Source: an uncultured Candidatus Binatia bacterium (GTDB lineage: Bacteria > Desulfobacterota > Binatia > Bin18). From it: a DNA stretch of 64,000 bases. The translations under genes were made by a program, and so were the position numbers. Below are positions 10,872-21,247 of this stretch, in pieces. How positions within the stretch are numbered: the stretch's first letter is position 1; every line of letters starts with the position of its first letter. The stretch spans positions 1,824,001-1,888,000 of the forward strand of contig OZ241744.1 in NCBI GenBank assembly GCA_965200965.1. Reading direction: 5' to 3'. The notes under the pieces are model-generated. The model did no database searches. It worked only from the letters and a program-made list of their open reading frames with translations, and was not told the DNA's origin.

Positions 10872-13103
10872 TCACTCGGACAGCGGCCCCTCAGCGGCAA
10901 AGCGGCGCAGGACATTGTCGGTAATGCGCGACACGTTGTTCTCATAGCCGTTGTGAGACAAGGCTCCACACCAGGCGATCGAACTGGACGAAAAGACTGC
11001 TCCGCCTTTGGGATATTCACAATACACCATATCGGCCCGGACCTTGGGGTTGACCGTGCCGCCCTGGCGCGAATCGCTCGACAGGACCTCTTCAATCACA
11101 TGCTGGTAGGCGTCCGAATGGCCGGACGAGGAGGCCAGCACCAGGGCGTGGGCCGGCGTGCCCAGGGAAGGTTCGGCGCGGTCCAGCTCAAAACCTGCCG
11201 CCCCGTAGTTCAAGACCAGCGAGTCAAAATCGCCTATCGCTTCGTCGGCTTCGATGCCTTCAAAAATAAACCCCGCGCGCGGGTCAAAGCTGCCCGGCTG
11301 GCGCTGATAGGCGGCGCTGGTGTCAAAGCCCTGGCTGGTAAAGCCAACCCCGACCAGGCCTTGCGGCGCTCTGCCGCGTGAACGCCACAGGCCGCCCGGC
11401 TCCCCGGTGGTGCTGTGATAATACTCGCCAGGTCTGGCCTGCCAGGTGCGCGTCCCGCCCCAGCGCCGGACCTCAATCACATGTGGCCGACCGGGGGCAA
11501 ATGAGGTTACCCAGTAGAAGCCGTTGCCGCCCAGATACATCAGCCGCCCGCCGTTTTGCAGGTAGCTTTCCAGGGCGTCCAGCATCGGCCCTGACCAGTA
11601 CTCGGGGTGAATGCCGGTGAGAATGACCCTGTAGCCGGCCAGCAGGTCCAGGCCCTCGTGGTGCAGGTCCTCATCGGTGATGACATCAGAGGCGTGGCCT
11701 TTGGCTTCGAGCCAGTCAAGCAGGTGCAGGTCAGCGGGAAACTGGTGCGGGCAGCCAAGCGCCCGCATGTAATAGCGGGGGCGCATATTCATAATCGGCC
11801 GCAGGCGTGAGGAATAACACACCCCGCTGCCGTCCGTGTGGTGGTCGTACAGGCTGACCAGACCGTTGGCCGCGGAATAGCGATCTTCGGCAGTCGCCTC
11901 GCCCTGATGCTGGTTGGGGGCCAGGCCCGGCGGAATATCGGTCAGTTGCTCGTTGGCATAGGCCAGATAACTGTTGGTGGGAGCCAGGAAAGCAATATCG
12001 GCGCTGGGCTGACCTTGTGGCGGATGCACAAAAAACGGAATATGGTCTTCGTCGTCCCCGGTGCGCAGGCGGGCGGCATACACCCCGCTTTTCAGCCCGG
12101 CCGGCAGGGTCCAGGCAAAATCCACCTGCCAGCCGGCGTCCTCAAGGTCGTCATCGTGAAAATGCATAGCCCCGTACTCGTGCGGAGCGCGCTGAAAGCA
12201 GGTTTCCTGCCCCCTCCAGTTATGGCCGGTCATGGCCCGGGCCGGCATATTGACCGTGTGGCCGTGCAAGCCGTGGGGTGCAGTGTCTCTGACTGTCGCC
12301 GAGGCCATATCGACCGAAAAATCCCAGGCGGCGACAAGATCATCACCAAAGGCCAGCGGTGAGGCCCCGCGCTGGAGCGAGATCAGTTCTTCTTGACTCA
12401 GAGCACGGCGGAACACGCGCGGGCGGTCGAGCTTGCCGTTGAAATGTCGCTCAACCCGGGACTCTCCGTCGGCCCCAGCCTGCCACAGGCCGGCCATCAG
12501 AAAGTCGGCTGTGGTCGTGTGGACCGTCCGGCTGTTGGTCGAGGCAGTCGCCACCCCCCGGGTCGGATCGTGGGGCCAAGTCCGCAGCGGCTCCTGATAG
12601 ACCGCCAGCGTTCCGCTTTGGGCGTCAAAGGTTGCCGCCACAAAATACCACTCTGCGGCGCGCAATGACGCACCACCCCGCACCTGCCGCCGGCGGCCTT
12701 CGGCATCAGTCAGCCACAGGGCCAGGACCCCGCCGGCCTCAAGCACCAAAGCATAGCCGCGGTCAGCGGCCGCCCATTTGGCAAGAATCCCCTGTTCACC
12801 TTTGTGCGGAGTGGTGGGATAGAGCCAGGCTTGCAGGCTGAAGCTGGTGTGCAGGCGGAGCGCCGGGGCGTCGGGCACGACGATGTGCGAGCCAGTGTGG
12901 AGCACCTGTTCACGGCCCGGGTACTCACCGCTGACCGTCGTCTGAACACGCTCCTCTTTGAAGCCCGGACCGCGTGGATTGGGATCACCGTGGATCAGGC
13001 GCACCATATCGGCCTGATAGCGCGGCCGCCGGCAACTGACATGAAAATGAATCGTTTCACCTGGAGCGACGCTGAGTTGATCAGCATAGCCGACGATCTC
13101 CAT
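10872..13103 (-). CDS. N,N-dimethylformamidase beta-subunit family protein with a LamG-like insert
   Basis: 'IVGYAD', 'HFHDDDLEDAGW', 'PTNSYLAYANE', 'HPEYWS' and 'MYLGGNGFYW'. Confidence 0.88.
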   Translation of the reverse strand: MEIVGYADQLSVAPGETIHFHVSCRRPRYQADMVRLIHGDPNPRGPGFKEERVQTTVSGEYPGREQVLHTGSHIVVPDAPALRLHTSFSLQAWLYPTTPHKGEQGILAKWAAADRGYALVLEAGGVLALWLTDAEGRRRQVRGGASLRAAEWYFVAATFDAQSGTLAVYQEPLRTWPHDPTRGVATASTNSRTVHTTTADFLMAGLWQAGADGESRVERHFNGKLDRPRVFRRALSQEELISLQRGASPLAFGDDLVAAWDFSVDMASATVRDTAPHGLHGHTVNMPARAMTGHNWRGQETCFQRAPHEYGAMHFHDDDLEDAGWQVDFAWTLPAGLKSGVYAARLRTGDDEDHIPFFVHPPQGQPSADIAFLAPTNSYLAYANEQLTDIPPGLAPNQHQGEATAEDRYSAANGLVSLYDHHTDGSGVCYSSRLRPIMNMRPRYYMRALGCPHQFPADLHLLDWLEAKGHASDVITDEDLHHEGLDLLAGYRVILTGIHPEYWSGPMLDALESYLQNGGRLMYLGGNGFYWVTSFAPGRPHVIEVRRWGGTRTWQARPGEYYHSTTGEPGGLWRSRGRAPQGLVGVGFTSQGFDTSAAYQRQPGSFDPRAGFIFEGIEADEAIGDFDSLVLNYGAAGFELDRAEPSLGTPAHALVLASSSGHSDAYQHVIEEVLSSDSRQGGTVNPKVRADMVYCEYPKGGAVFSSSSIAWCGALSHNGYENNVSRITDNVLRRFAAEGPLSE

Positions 13104-13138
13104 GTGTGTCTCCCTCCTGATAGCGCCCCGCCGGCCGC

Positions 13139-13771
13139 CTAGTGGCCGAGGCCGGGGATGGCTTCCAAATGCGGTAAGGGATGGCCTATAACGTCCGAAA
13201 AAAGCAGCAACACCCGGTGGGTGATCCCCCACACCACCTGCTGGCGGTAGCCAATCGCCGGGTACCATATGGAGACGCGCCGGGTCGGGAGATTGAGCGC
13301 GGTGGCGTTGCGCTCGTCCCACAGATGCGCCAGGGGTATCCAGTACGCCTCCCCAACCTCGTCGTTGGGGGTCAGCGGGGCGAGGGTCGGCCCCAGGTAA
13401 TACACAAACGGGGCGAGGAACAGCAGCCGGTCGCGGCCACGCAGCACGATCGACAGTTCGGCCAGCGCTCCCAGCCGGTGGGCGGGCGCTAACACGAGAC
13501 CCACCTCTTCATACGTCTCCCGTTCGGCCGTTTCCTGTAAACTGGCATCCTCTGGCGCGGCCCGGCCGCCCGGCAGGGCCATATCGCCCGCCCAGGGGTC
13601 ACCCGCCCGGTCGGCCCGACGGATGACGCACAGGTACAGGGCGGGTTCAGCCCCGGCTAAGACCAGCGCCACCGCGGTCCGGTTGCGGTCGAGTTGAGAC
13701 ATCCCCCCGGCTGGGGTGTGCTGAGCCAGAGCGTGCTCAATGGCGGCAATGCGGAACATGGCTGGCGGCAA
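13139..13771 (-). CDS. Nudix hydrolase, CoA pyrophosphatase-like
   Basis: 'GDMALPGGR...TAERETYEEVGL' Nudix box; 'VWGITHR'. Confidence 0.88.
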   Translation of the reverse strand: MPPAMFRIAAIEHALAQHTPAGGMSQLDRNRTAVALVLAGAEPALYLCVIRRADRAGDPWAGDMALPGGRAAPEDASLQETAERETYEEVGLVLAPAHRLGALAELSIVLRGRDRLLFLAPFVYYLGPTLAPLTPNDEVGEAYWIPLAHLWDERNATALNLPTRRVSIWYPAIGYRQQVVWGITHRVLLLFSDVIGHPLPHLEAIPGLGH

Positions 13772-13863
13772 TTATTCTGCCCTTGGGCCGGCTTTGTCAA
13801 ACCAACCTGAGCTTGACGCTGATACCGGAGCGGAGTAGGGATGACGACACAGGAGGAGCGCCT

Positions 13864-14307
13864 ATGGCCAAAACCTATGCCAGACAGATGCTATCGTATG
13901 AGACTGCTGCCAAGATGGTAGCCGCGGCAGTTGCCAAAGCCGAGGAGTTGGGGTGCAAACAGAATGTGGCGGTGGTTGATAGCGGGGGCAATCTGAAAGC
14001 CCTGGCCAGTATGGACGGAGCGCTGTTGCTCGGCATTGAGGGCTGTCAGCGCAAGGCGTTTACGGCGTTGTTTGGGGTCGGCACCCAAGACCTGTACGGC
14101 CGCATCAAGGACAACCTGTCGCTGGTGGTCGGCCTGTCCCACTTCTCACGCGCGACCCTGGTCGGGGGCGGCCTGCCGATTGTGGTCAATGGAGAAGTAA
14201 TCGGCGGGATCGGGGTCGGGGGCGGGACGCTTGACGAAGACATCGCCTGCTCTCAGGCCGGGCTGGACGCTCTTGCCGACGAATCGTCAGAGAAAGGAAG
14301 CCTGTGA
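13864..14307 (+). CDS. GlcG/HbpS-family heme-binding protein
   Basis: 'VAVVDSGGNL', 'RKAFTA' and 'GGLPIVVNGEVIGGIGVGGG'. Confidence 0.88.
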   Translation: MAKTYARQMLSYETAAKMVAAAVAKAEELGCKQNVAVVDSGGNLKALASMDGALLLGIEGCQRKAFTALFGVGTQDLYGRIKDNLSLVVGLSHFSRATLVGGGLPIVVNGEVIGGIGVGGGTLDEDIACSQAGLDALADESSEKGSL

Positions 14308-15173
14308 TGCAAACCATCAGCAAAGAGCATATTGTACGGACGTTTGACGCCGCGCACCCCGCGGCTGCCACGGTCAAGCCCGGGGAAGTGTTTGTGATGG
14401 AAACCAACGACCGCTTTCGAGACTGGAACGAGGGCGGGGAGTGGCCCATGGAGCAGCTGGCCGTCATGACCGGGCCGGTCTGTATTGACGGCGTGCAGCC
14501 CGGCCAGGTGCTGGCCGTGGAAGTGTTGGACATCAAAGCCTCCCAGGGCTTCGGCTATGTGGTGACAATTCCGGGCTTCGGCCTGCTCAAAGACCGGGTC
14601 GAGTTTCGGAAAAAAGTCGTCCCGATTGAGGGCAACCGCATTCGCTACAGCGACACCCTGAGCCTGCCTTTTCTTCCCAATATCAGCAAAATCGGCTTGG
14701 CTCCGGCCTCGGGCTCTCAGCCGAGCGGGGCGTGTGGAGATTTCGGCGGTCAGCTCAGCAACAGCCAGCTGGGGGTTGGCTCAACCGTCTTTTTGCCGGT
14801 GTTTATTGAGGGCGGGCTGCTGACCATTGAAGACGTCCATGCCAGGATGGGCGATGGTGAGGCCACCGCCTCGGCGGTGGAGATTGCGGCCGGCGTGACG
14901 CTGCGCTGTCAGATTGCGACGGAACTGCCGCTCGGCCAGCCGATCGTTATCACCCGGGACGAGGTTCAGACCATGGGCAGTGGCGAAACGGCCGAAGCCG
15001 CGGCACGGGCGGCCCTGGACGAACTGGCCCGGCTGCTGGTTGAGCGGACCGGGGCCGATATGACCGAGGCGGCGATGCTGGCCAGCGTGGCGGCCGATCT
15101 GCGCATTTCCGAGATGGCCGGCAGCCCGTGTCATATCCGGGCGGCCATGAAGCGCGAGATTCTGGGTCTGTAG
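14304..15173 (+). CDS. Acetamidase/formamidase-family protein
   Basis: 'TGPVCIDGVQPGQVLAVEVLDI' and 'DVHARMGDGE'. Confidence 0.85.
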   Translation: MMQTISKEHIVRTFDAAHPAAATVKPGEVFVMETNDRFRDWNEGGEWPMEQLAVMTGPVCIDGVQPGQVLAVEVLDIKASQGFGYVVTIPGFGLLKDRVEFRKKVVPIEGNRIRYSDTLSLPFLPNISKIGLAPASGSQPSGACGDFGGQLSNSQLGVGSTVFLPVFIEGGLLTIEDVHARMGDGEATASAVEIAAGVTLRCQIATELPLGQPIVITRDEVQTMGSGETAEAAARAALDELARLLVERTGADMTEAAMLASVAADLRISEMAGSPCHIRAAMKREILGL

Positions 15174-15182
15174 CTTGACAGC

Positions 15183-15533
15183 TCAGGAAATCTCCACATC
15201 CTCAACAATGAAGACGCGGGAGCTGGCAAAGTCAACAAACTTCAGTTCGTCCGGTCGGATTAGTTCGAGATAGCGAGGATGGCTGAAGGCTCGGCCGATG
15301 TCCTCAACGCTGTCAAACCACAGCTCGGCGATGCCGTCGAACGGGGCGTCGTCCTGGGGCGGGAAGCCGGGCACTGGATCGCTCAGGGTGTGGCCCTGGA
15401 CATAGCGACGGACATAGCCCCAGAACTCGGGCACGCTGCGGACGAGCGGCCCGTGCCGGTTTTTCCAGTAGTCCTGAAACTCGGCGGTTGTCATCCCGGC
15501 TTTGCGGCGCGCGCAGGCAACAAATTTGACCAT
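15183..15533 (-). CDS. EthD-domain protein
   Basis: 'RKAGMTTAEFQDYWKNRHGPL' and 'FDGIAELWFDS'. Confidence 0.88.
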   Translation of the reverse strand: MVKFVACARRKAGMTTAEFQDYWKNRHGPLVRSVPEFWGYVRRYVQGHTLSDPVPGFPPQDDAPFDGIAELWFDSVEDIGRAFSHPRYLELIRPDELKFVDFASSRVFIVEDVEIS

Positions 15534-15727
15534 CAGCTTCTCCCTCCACGGGCTGGGCTGTCTGACTGCCGGACTATAGCCTGCCGTTGGCGGAGAGTCA
15601 AACGCCGCCGGCCTCATCCTCCCACCGCCTGATACGCGCCGCCTTATAGGTCTCTGCATCCTCTTCAATTTTGGCGATCTGGCCAGCCCGGCAGTGGTGG
15701 GGCGGGCGGGTCACGAGCAGGGCGGAC

Positions 15728-17446
15728 TCACATCGCTTCCAGGGTCTCAATTCCCAACAACTCTAAGCCCGTCTTCAAGTAGCGGGCGGTCAGGGCACAC
15801 AGCAACAGCCGGGTCGGGCGGTGGTCCGGGGGCGCTTTGAGCACCTGATGAGCCTGGTAGAAGAGGTTGAATCTGGTGGCCAGATCGTACAAAAAACCGG
15901 CCAGCAGATTGGGTTTATAGGTACGCTCGACTTCGAGCAAGACATCGCCAAAGCGAATCATCTGTTTGGCCAGCGCTTGTTCTTCTGGCGCGTGGAGCCG
16001 GATGTCCATATCCGCCGTGGGCTGCCAGTCGGCCAAGTCACCGCGCCGAAAAATCGAACGAATACGGGCGTAGACATACTGGAGATACGGAGCGGTGTTG
16101 CCCTCAAAGGCCAGCAGCTTGTCCCAACTGAACCGATAGTCGGCCGTGCGGTTCTGCATCAGGTCGGCGTATTTCACCGCCCCAAGCCCAACCACCCGGG
16201 CAACCTCTTGCTGCTCGGCCTCAGACAGACTTGGATTTTTGTCGTGGACCACGACCAGGGCACGCTGTACGGCTTCGTCGAGCAGCGCTTCGAGCTTGAC
16301 CGGCTCCCCCTCGCGGGTCTTAATCGGCCTCCCGTCCTCGCCCAGGATGGTCCCAAACCAGACATGGTTGAGCTCAGGCCGATAGCCCCACCTCCGGGCG
16401 GCGGCAAACAGCTGCTTGAAGTGGAGCTGCTGGCGGCCGTCAGTCACATACACAATGCGGCCCGGCTGAAACGTTTCGACCCGATATTGAATCGTCGCCA
16501 AGTCGGTGGTGGCATACAGATAGGCCCCGTCCGACTTCTGGATCAGAAACGGGCGCTCGGACAACTGGGGGTCATCGTCATAAAAGATGCACACCGCCCC
16601 TTGACTGGGGCGAGCAATGCGCCTGGCCTGTAAGTCCTGCACCACCCTGGCCAGCATCGGATGATAAAAACTCTCGCCCAGCCAGTGGTCAAAGCTGATA
16701 TTGAGCCGCTGGTAGAGTCGCTCAAAGGCGTGGCGTGAAATATCCAGAAACTCTTGCCACAGGGCCGTATTCTCAGCATCGCCTTGTTGCAGCTTGGCCA
16801 GCTCGTGGCGGGCCTGCTCGGCGACCGCCGGCTGCGTCTTGGTCTGGGCCTGCACGACCTTATAGATGCGCTCCATTTCGCTGAGCGGATCGCGGCGGTA
16901 GGCGTCTGTGTCCAACACGGTCCGATAGCCAACGATCAGCATCCCGAACTGGGTGCCCCAGTCACCAACGTGGTTGTCCGTCACCACCCTGTGGCCGACA
17001 AAGCGCAGGAGGCGGGCCAGGGCGTCGCCCAGAATCGTTGAGCGGATGTGGCCGACGTGCATGGGCTTGGCGATATTGGGTGCGCTGAAATCAATCACAA
17101 TCGTTTCCGGCTGATCGACAGGCCCCAGCCCCAGCCGGACATCAAGGGCGGTCTTGATAAGGATCTGGCCGAGCCAGTCAGGATCGAGGCGAAAATTGAT
17201 AAAGCCGGGTCCGGCAATCTCCCAGCGAGCCGGAATTTCATCACGACTCAGCCGATCGCTTACCTCTTGGGCGAGCTGGCGGGGGTTTTTCTTTTGCGTC
17301 TTGGCCACCGCCATCACTCCGTTCGCCTGATAATCGCCAAAGCGTGGATTGACCGCGGGGTTGACCAGGGCGGGGGCCGAGGTCCCGCTGGCTGCGGCCA
17401 GGGCTTGGGTCGTTTTTTCTTCGAGCAGCTGTTGAATCGTTGCCAT
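15728..17446 (-). CDS. argS: Arginine--tRNA ligase
   Basis: 'FSAPNIAKPMHVGHIRS' (HIGH motif), 'GDWGTQFG' and 'GNTAPYLQY'. Confidence 0.97.
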   Translation of the reverse strand: MATIQQLLEEKTTQALAAASGTSAPALVNPAVNPRFGDYQANGVMAVAKTQKKNPRQLAQEVSDRLSRDEIPARWEIAGPGFINFRLDPDWLGQILIKTALDVRLGLGPVDQPETIVIDFSAPNIAKPMHVGHIRSTILGDALARLLRFVGHRVVTDNHVGDWGTQFGMLIVGYRTVLDTDAYRRDPLSEMERIYKVVQAQTKTQPAVAEQARHELAKLQQGDAENTALWQEFLDISRHAFERLYQRLNISFDHWLGESFYHPMLARVVQDLQARRIARPSQGAVCIFYDDDPQLSERPFLIQKSDGAYLYATTDLATIQYRVETFQPGRIVYVTDGRQQLHFKQLFAAARRWGYRPELNHVWFGTILGEDGRPIKTREGEPVKLEALLDEAVQRALVVVHDKNPSLSEAEQQEVARVVGLGAVKYADLMQNRTADYRFSWDKLLAFEGNTAPYLQYVYARIRSIFRRGDLADWQPTADMDIRLHAPEEQALAKQMIRFGDVLLEVERTYKPNLLAGFLYDLATRFNLFYQAHQVLKAPPDHRPTRLLLCALTARYLKTGLELLGIETLEAM

Positions 17447-17603
17447 AGCGGTTGAGGGAACAGGAGCGTTGGGCCACCGGTAGATGTAGCAAATGCCGTT
17501 CTGGCTTCGCAAGGGTCACGATCCATTTGCGTCGGTTCCGGCTTTGTGTCATTTTCTGGCTGGGAACGGAGAATTGGACAAGAACGCGGGACAAGATTTT
17601 GGC

Positions 17604-18812
17604 GTGAGTCGGCTCAGCCCCCAGTTGGCCCAGTGGCGCGAATGGCTGGCTCTGCGTTCGGTGCGCGGGGTAGGCAATGTCAGCTTCCGCATGCTGCTTG
17701 AGCGCTTTGATTCGCCTCAGGCCGTCTTTGCCGCGTCTGTGGCACGGCTGACCGATGCCGGATTTCAGCCCGCGGTCGCCCGGGCTATTGTGAGCTTTGA
17801 CCAATGGGGAGCGGTTGACGCCGAGTTGGAGCAGATCGTTCGGGCTGGGGTGCGCCTGGTGACCCAGGCTGATTCGGAATATCCGAAAAATCTCACCCAC
17901 ATTCATGACCCCCCGCCCTTTGTGTATATCCGTGGCAGCTTGGAGCCGCAGGACCAGGTCGCCGTCGCGATTGTAGGCGCACGGTCTGCCAGCCCCTACG
18001 GTCGAGATGTGACCAGACAGCTGGCGCGTGATTTAGCCCACAGACGAGTGACCGTGGTGAGCGGGTTGGCCCGGGGTATTGATGCCGAGGCGCACCGTGC
18101 GGCGCTGGAGGCCGGGGGACGGACGATTGGCGTGCTTGGGTCGGGGCTGGATGTGCTCTACCCGTCCGAGCATAGGCGACTGGCCCAGGACATGACCCAG
18201 CACGGCGCAGTGATTTCGGAATTCGCTCTGGGCAGCCAACCCGAAGCCGGCAATTTTCCCTACCGCAACCGGGTTATCAGCGGCCTGAGCCTGGGGACGA
18301 GCCCAAGGGGCACGGTCCGTAGCGGCCCCGGGGACCGCAACCGGGTTATCAGCGGCCTGAGCCTGGGGACGGTGGTCATTGAGGCAGCCGAAAAGAGCGG
18401 CTCTTTGATAACCGCCCGCTGCGCCCTGGAGCAAAATAGAGAGGTGTTTGCCGTTCCGGGCCATATCACCGCCAGCCGGAGCCGGGGGCCGCACGATTTG
18501 ATCAAACAGGGGGCAAAGCTAGTTGAGAGCGTTGAGGATATTCTGGTTGAAATTGCGCCGACGGTTCCAGTCCGGGCTGAGGCTCAAGACGGCACCGGGG
18601 CGGTGTCTGGCCAGCCTGGGCTATCCGCTATCGCGGCCCTTGAGCCCGACGAAGAGCTGCTGGTCAAGCTGTTTGACGGGGAGCCCTTGCATGTCAATGT
18701 CTTGATTGCCAGAAGTGGACTTGGGCCGGCCCGCGTGCTTGAGGTATTATTAGGGCTGGAACTCAAAGGGATGGTCAGCCAACTGCCCGGCACCCATTTT
18801 ACCCGGGTCTGA
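17604..18812 (+). CDS. dprA: DNA-processing protein DprA with an in-frame 24-aa duplication-insertion
   Basis: 'VAIVGAR', 'VSGLARGIDAEAH', 'FPYRNRVISGLS' and 'SGSLITA'; upstream of topA. GTG start at 17604 is a best guess (the ORF is open from 17493). Confidence 0.93.
   Translation: MSRLSPQLAQWREWLALRSVRGVGNVSFRMLLERFDSPQAVFAASVARLTDAGFQPAVARAIVSFDQWGAVDAELEQIVRAGVRLVTQADSEYPKNLTHIHDPPPFVYIRGSLEPQDQVAVAIVGARSASPYGRDVTRQLARDLAHRRVTVVSGLARGIDAEAHRAALEAGGRTIGVLGSGLDVLYPSEHRRLAQDMTQHGAVISEFALGSQPEAGNFPYRNRVISGLSLGTSPRGTVRSGPGDRNRVISGLSLGTVVIEAAEKSGSLITARCALEQNREVFAVPGHITASRSRGPHDLIKQGAKLVESVEDILVEIAPTVPVRAEAQDGTGAVSGQPGLSAIAALEPDEELLVKLFDGEPLHVNVLIARSGLGPARVLEVLLGLELKGMVSQLPGTHFTRV
18262..18371. 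repeat. 38-bp exact direct repeat around a 34-bp unique insert
   Basis: accgcaaccgggttatcagcggcctgagcctggggacg at 18262-18299 and 18334-18371; insert at 18300-18333. Confidence 0.95.
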
Positions 18813-18847
18813 GTTGGCAGGGGTTGGGGATGAAGGGGGCTGAAAGA

Positions 18848-21196
18848 ATGGCAAAAAATCTGGTGATTGTGGAATCTCCGGCCAAGGCCAGGACGATCGG
18901 CAAATACCTGGGGCCTGACTATCAGGTCAAGGCTTCGGTCGGGCATATCATGGACCTGCCCAAGAGCAAGCTGGGGGTGGATGTGGACAAAGGCTTTGCC
19001 GCCCACTATCAGGTCATTCGGGGCAAGGCCAAGGTGGTTGAGGACCTGCGCAAGGCGGCCAAGGGCAAAACGCAGATTTTTCTGGCCTCTGACCCCGACC
19101 GCGAAGGGGAAGCGATCGCCTGGCATATTGCCGAAAAAATAGGCGCGAAAAACGGCCCGCAGGGGCCCAGAATCTCGCGTATTCTGCTGAACGAAATCAC
19201 CAGGAAAGCGGTCAGCGACGCGCTGGACAATCCCAAGGCACTCAACCGCGAGCGCTACGACGCCCAGATTGCGCGGCGGATTCTGGACCGCCTGGTCGGG
19301 TATAAAATCAGTCCGCTGCTGTGGGAAAAGGTGAGAGGCGGCCTATCCGCCGGACGCGTTCAGTCAGTAGCGGTTCGTATCATCAGCGAACGCGAGGCCG
19401 AGATTCGCGCCTTCGTACCAGTCGAATACTGGTCAATCATCGCCAACCTTGAGGGCCAACTGCCACCGGCTTTTGAGGCCCGGCTGTCAAAAGTCGGCGA
19501 CCGGCGGGTTGATAACAAAACCTTCCGTATCGAGAACCAGGAGCAGGCCGAGGCGATCCTGAGCCGGCTTGACGAAGCCCGTTGGACGGTGGACAAGATT
19601 GAAAAGCGCGACCGCCGGCGCAATCCTGCCCCCCCGTTCATTACCTCCCGGCTCCAGCAGGAAGCGTCGCGTAAGCTCGGTTACGCCCCAAGCCGGACGA
19701 TGGGCATTGCCCAGCGTTTGTACACGGGCGTTGAGCTCGGCGCTGAGGGCGCGGTCGGCCTGATCACCTACATGCGGACCGACTCCCCGCGCATCTCCCC
19801 GGCAATGATGGTGGCAGCGCGCGATTACCTGACGACAAACTACGGTGCGCAGTATGTCCCAAAACGGCCCAATGTCTTTCGCTCGGCCAAAAGCGCCCAG
19901 GAGGCACACGAGGCGATTCGCCCCACCTCCCTGGAGCATATGCCCCAGCGGGTCGCGGCCTTTCTGAAGCCTGATGAACTGCGGCTGTATACCCTGATCT
20001 GGAACCGTTTTCTGGCCAGCCAGATGGCCCCCGCTCTTTTTGAACAGACGACCGTGGATATTCGCGTCAACGACTACACCTTCCGCGCCAGCGGCCAAGT
20101 CATGCGTTTTGACGGCTTTCTGCGGGTCTATACCGAGGGAAAGGACGATAAAACCAGCGAGGATGAGGATGCCGAAAAACAACTGCCGGCCCTGACCCAG
20201 GGCGAGGTCCTGCACCTCCTCAAGCTGACCCCCAACCAGCACTTCACCCAGCCGCCGCCGCGTTTTACCCAGGCCACGCTGATCAAAGAACTGGAAGAGA
20301 ACGGCGTAGGTCGTCCCTCGACCTACGCCTCAATCATGGGCACGATTCTCAATAAAGAATATGTGCAGGAGGATGGGCAACGGCGTCTGCGACCGACCGA
20401 CCTCGGCATGTTGGTCACCGAACTCCTCGTTGAGTCCTTCCCCGATGTGCTGAACGTCGAGTTTACTGCCGGCATGGAAGAAATCCTGGATAAAATCGAA
20501 GAGGGCAAAGAAGACTGGCAGCGGGCGATGGACCGCTTCTACGCCCCATTCGCGGCCCGGCTTGAAAAAGCCGCCACACAGATGCGGGATGTCAAAGGCA
20601 GCGGCACGCCGACCGACATCGCCTGTCAAGACTGCGCCGACGGCCAGATGGTCATCAAGTGGGGCCGCAACGGCGAGTTCCTCGCCTGCACCAAGTACCC
20701 CAAGTGTACCGCCACCCGCAACTTCAGCCGCGATGAAAACGGGCGGATCGTAGCCGAGGAACGGGAAGAGACCCTGACCGACGAGACCTGCGAGAAGTGT
20801 GGCCGGCCTATGCAGGTCCGCTTTAGCCGGTATGGCAAGTTCCTGGGCTGCTCAGGCTACCCGGAATGCAAGGCGATCAAAAAGCCGGGCCGAGCCGCGG
20901 CTGTGTCCTTGGACATTACCTGCCCAGACTGCCACGAGGGTAAGATCCAGCAGAAGCAGTCTCGCCGCGGAAAAACCTTCTACAGTTGTAATCGTTATCC
21001 GAAGTGCAACTTTGCCCTGTGGGACAAGCCTGTGGCTGTGCCCTGCCCACAGTGCCAGGCACCCTTTGTTGTTGAAAAAACGACCAAGCGGGCCGGCACG
21101 GTCCGACGCTGTTTCCGGGACGAGTGCGACTATGCAGTGCCGGTTGAGCAGGCACCGGTCGCAGCCGAGCCGCCCGTGGAGCAGGTGGCAGGCTGA
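18848..21196 (+). CDS. topA: DNA topoisomerase I
   Basis: 'LVIVESPAKA', 'DPDREGEAI', 'SAGRVQS', 'ITYMRTDS' and C-terminal Zn ribbons. Confidence 0.98.
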   Translation: MAKNLVIVESPAKARTIGKYLGPDYQVKASVGHIMDLPKSKLGVDVDKGFAAHYQVIRGKAKVVEDLRKAAKGKTQIFLASDPDREGEAIAWHIAEKIGAKNGPQGPRISRILLNEITRKAVSDALDNPKALNRERYDAQIARRILDRLVGYKISPLLWEKVRGGLSAGRVQSVAVRIISEREAEIRAFVPVEYWSIIANLEGQLPPAFEARLSKVGDRRVDNKTFRIENQEQAEAILSRLDEARWTVDKIEKRDRRRNPAPPFITSRLQQEASRKLGYAPSRTMGIAQRLYTGVELGAEGAVGLITYMRTDSPRISPAMMVAARDYLTTNYGAQYVPKRPNVFRSAKSAQEAHEAIRPTSLEHMPQRVAAFLKPDELRLYTLIWNRFLASQMAPALFEQTTVDIRVNDYTFRASGQVMRFDGFLRVYTEGKDDKTSEDEDAEKQLPALTQGEVLHLLKLTPNQHFTQPPPRFTQATLIKELEENGVGRPSTYASIMGTILNKEYVQEDGQRRLRPTDLGMLVTELLVESFPDVLNVEFTAGMEEILDKIEEGKEDWQRAMDRFYAPFAARLEKAATQMRDVKGSGTPTDIACQDCADGQMVIKWGRNGEFLACTKYPKCTATRNFSRDENGRIVAEEREETLTDETCEKCGRPMQVRFSRYGKFLGCSGYPECKAIKKPGRAAAVSLDITCPDCHEGKIQQKQSRRGKTFYSCNRYPKCNFALWDKPVAVPCPQCQAPFVVEKTTKRAGTVRRCFRDECDYAVPVEQAPVAAEPPVEQVAG

Positions 21197-21247
21197 ACAT
21201 GGGGGGACATGGTGACGATGGGTCCATTTTTTGAGCTTGGATAGACC

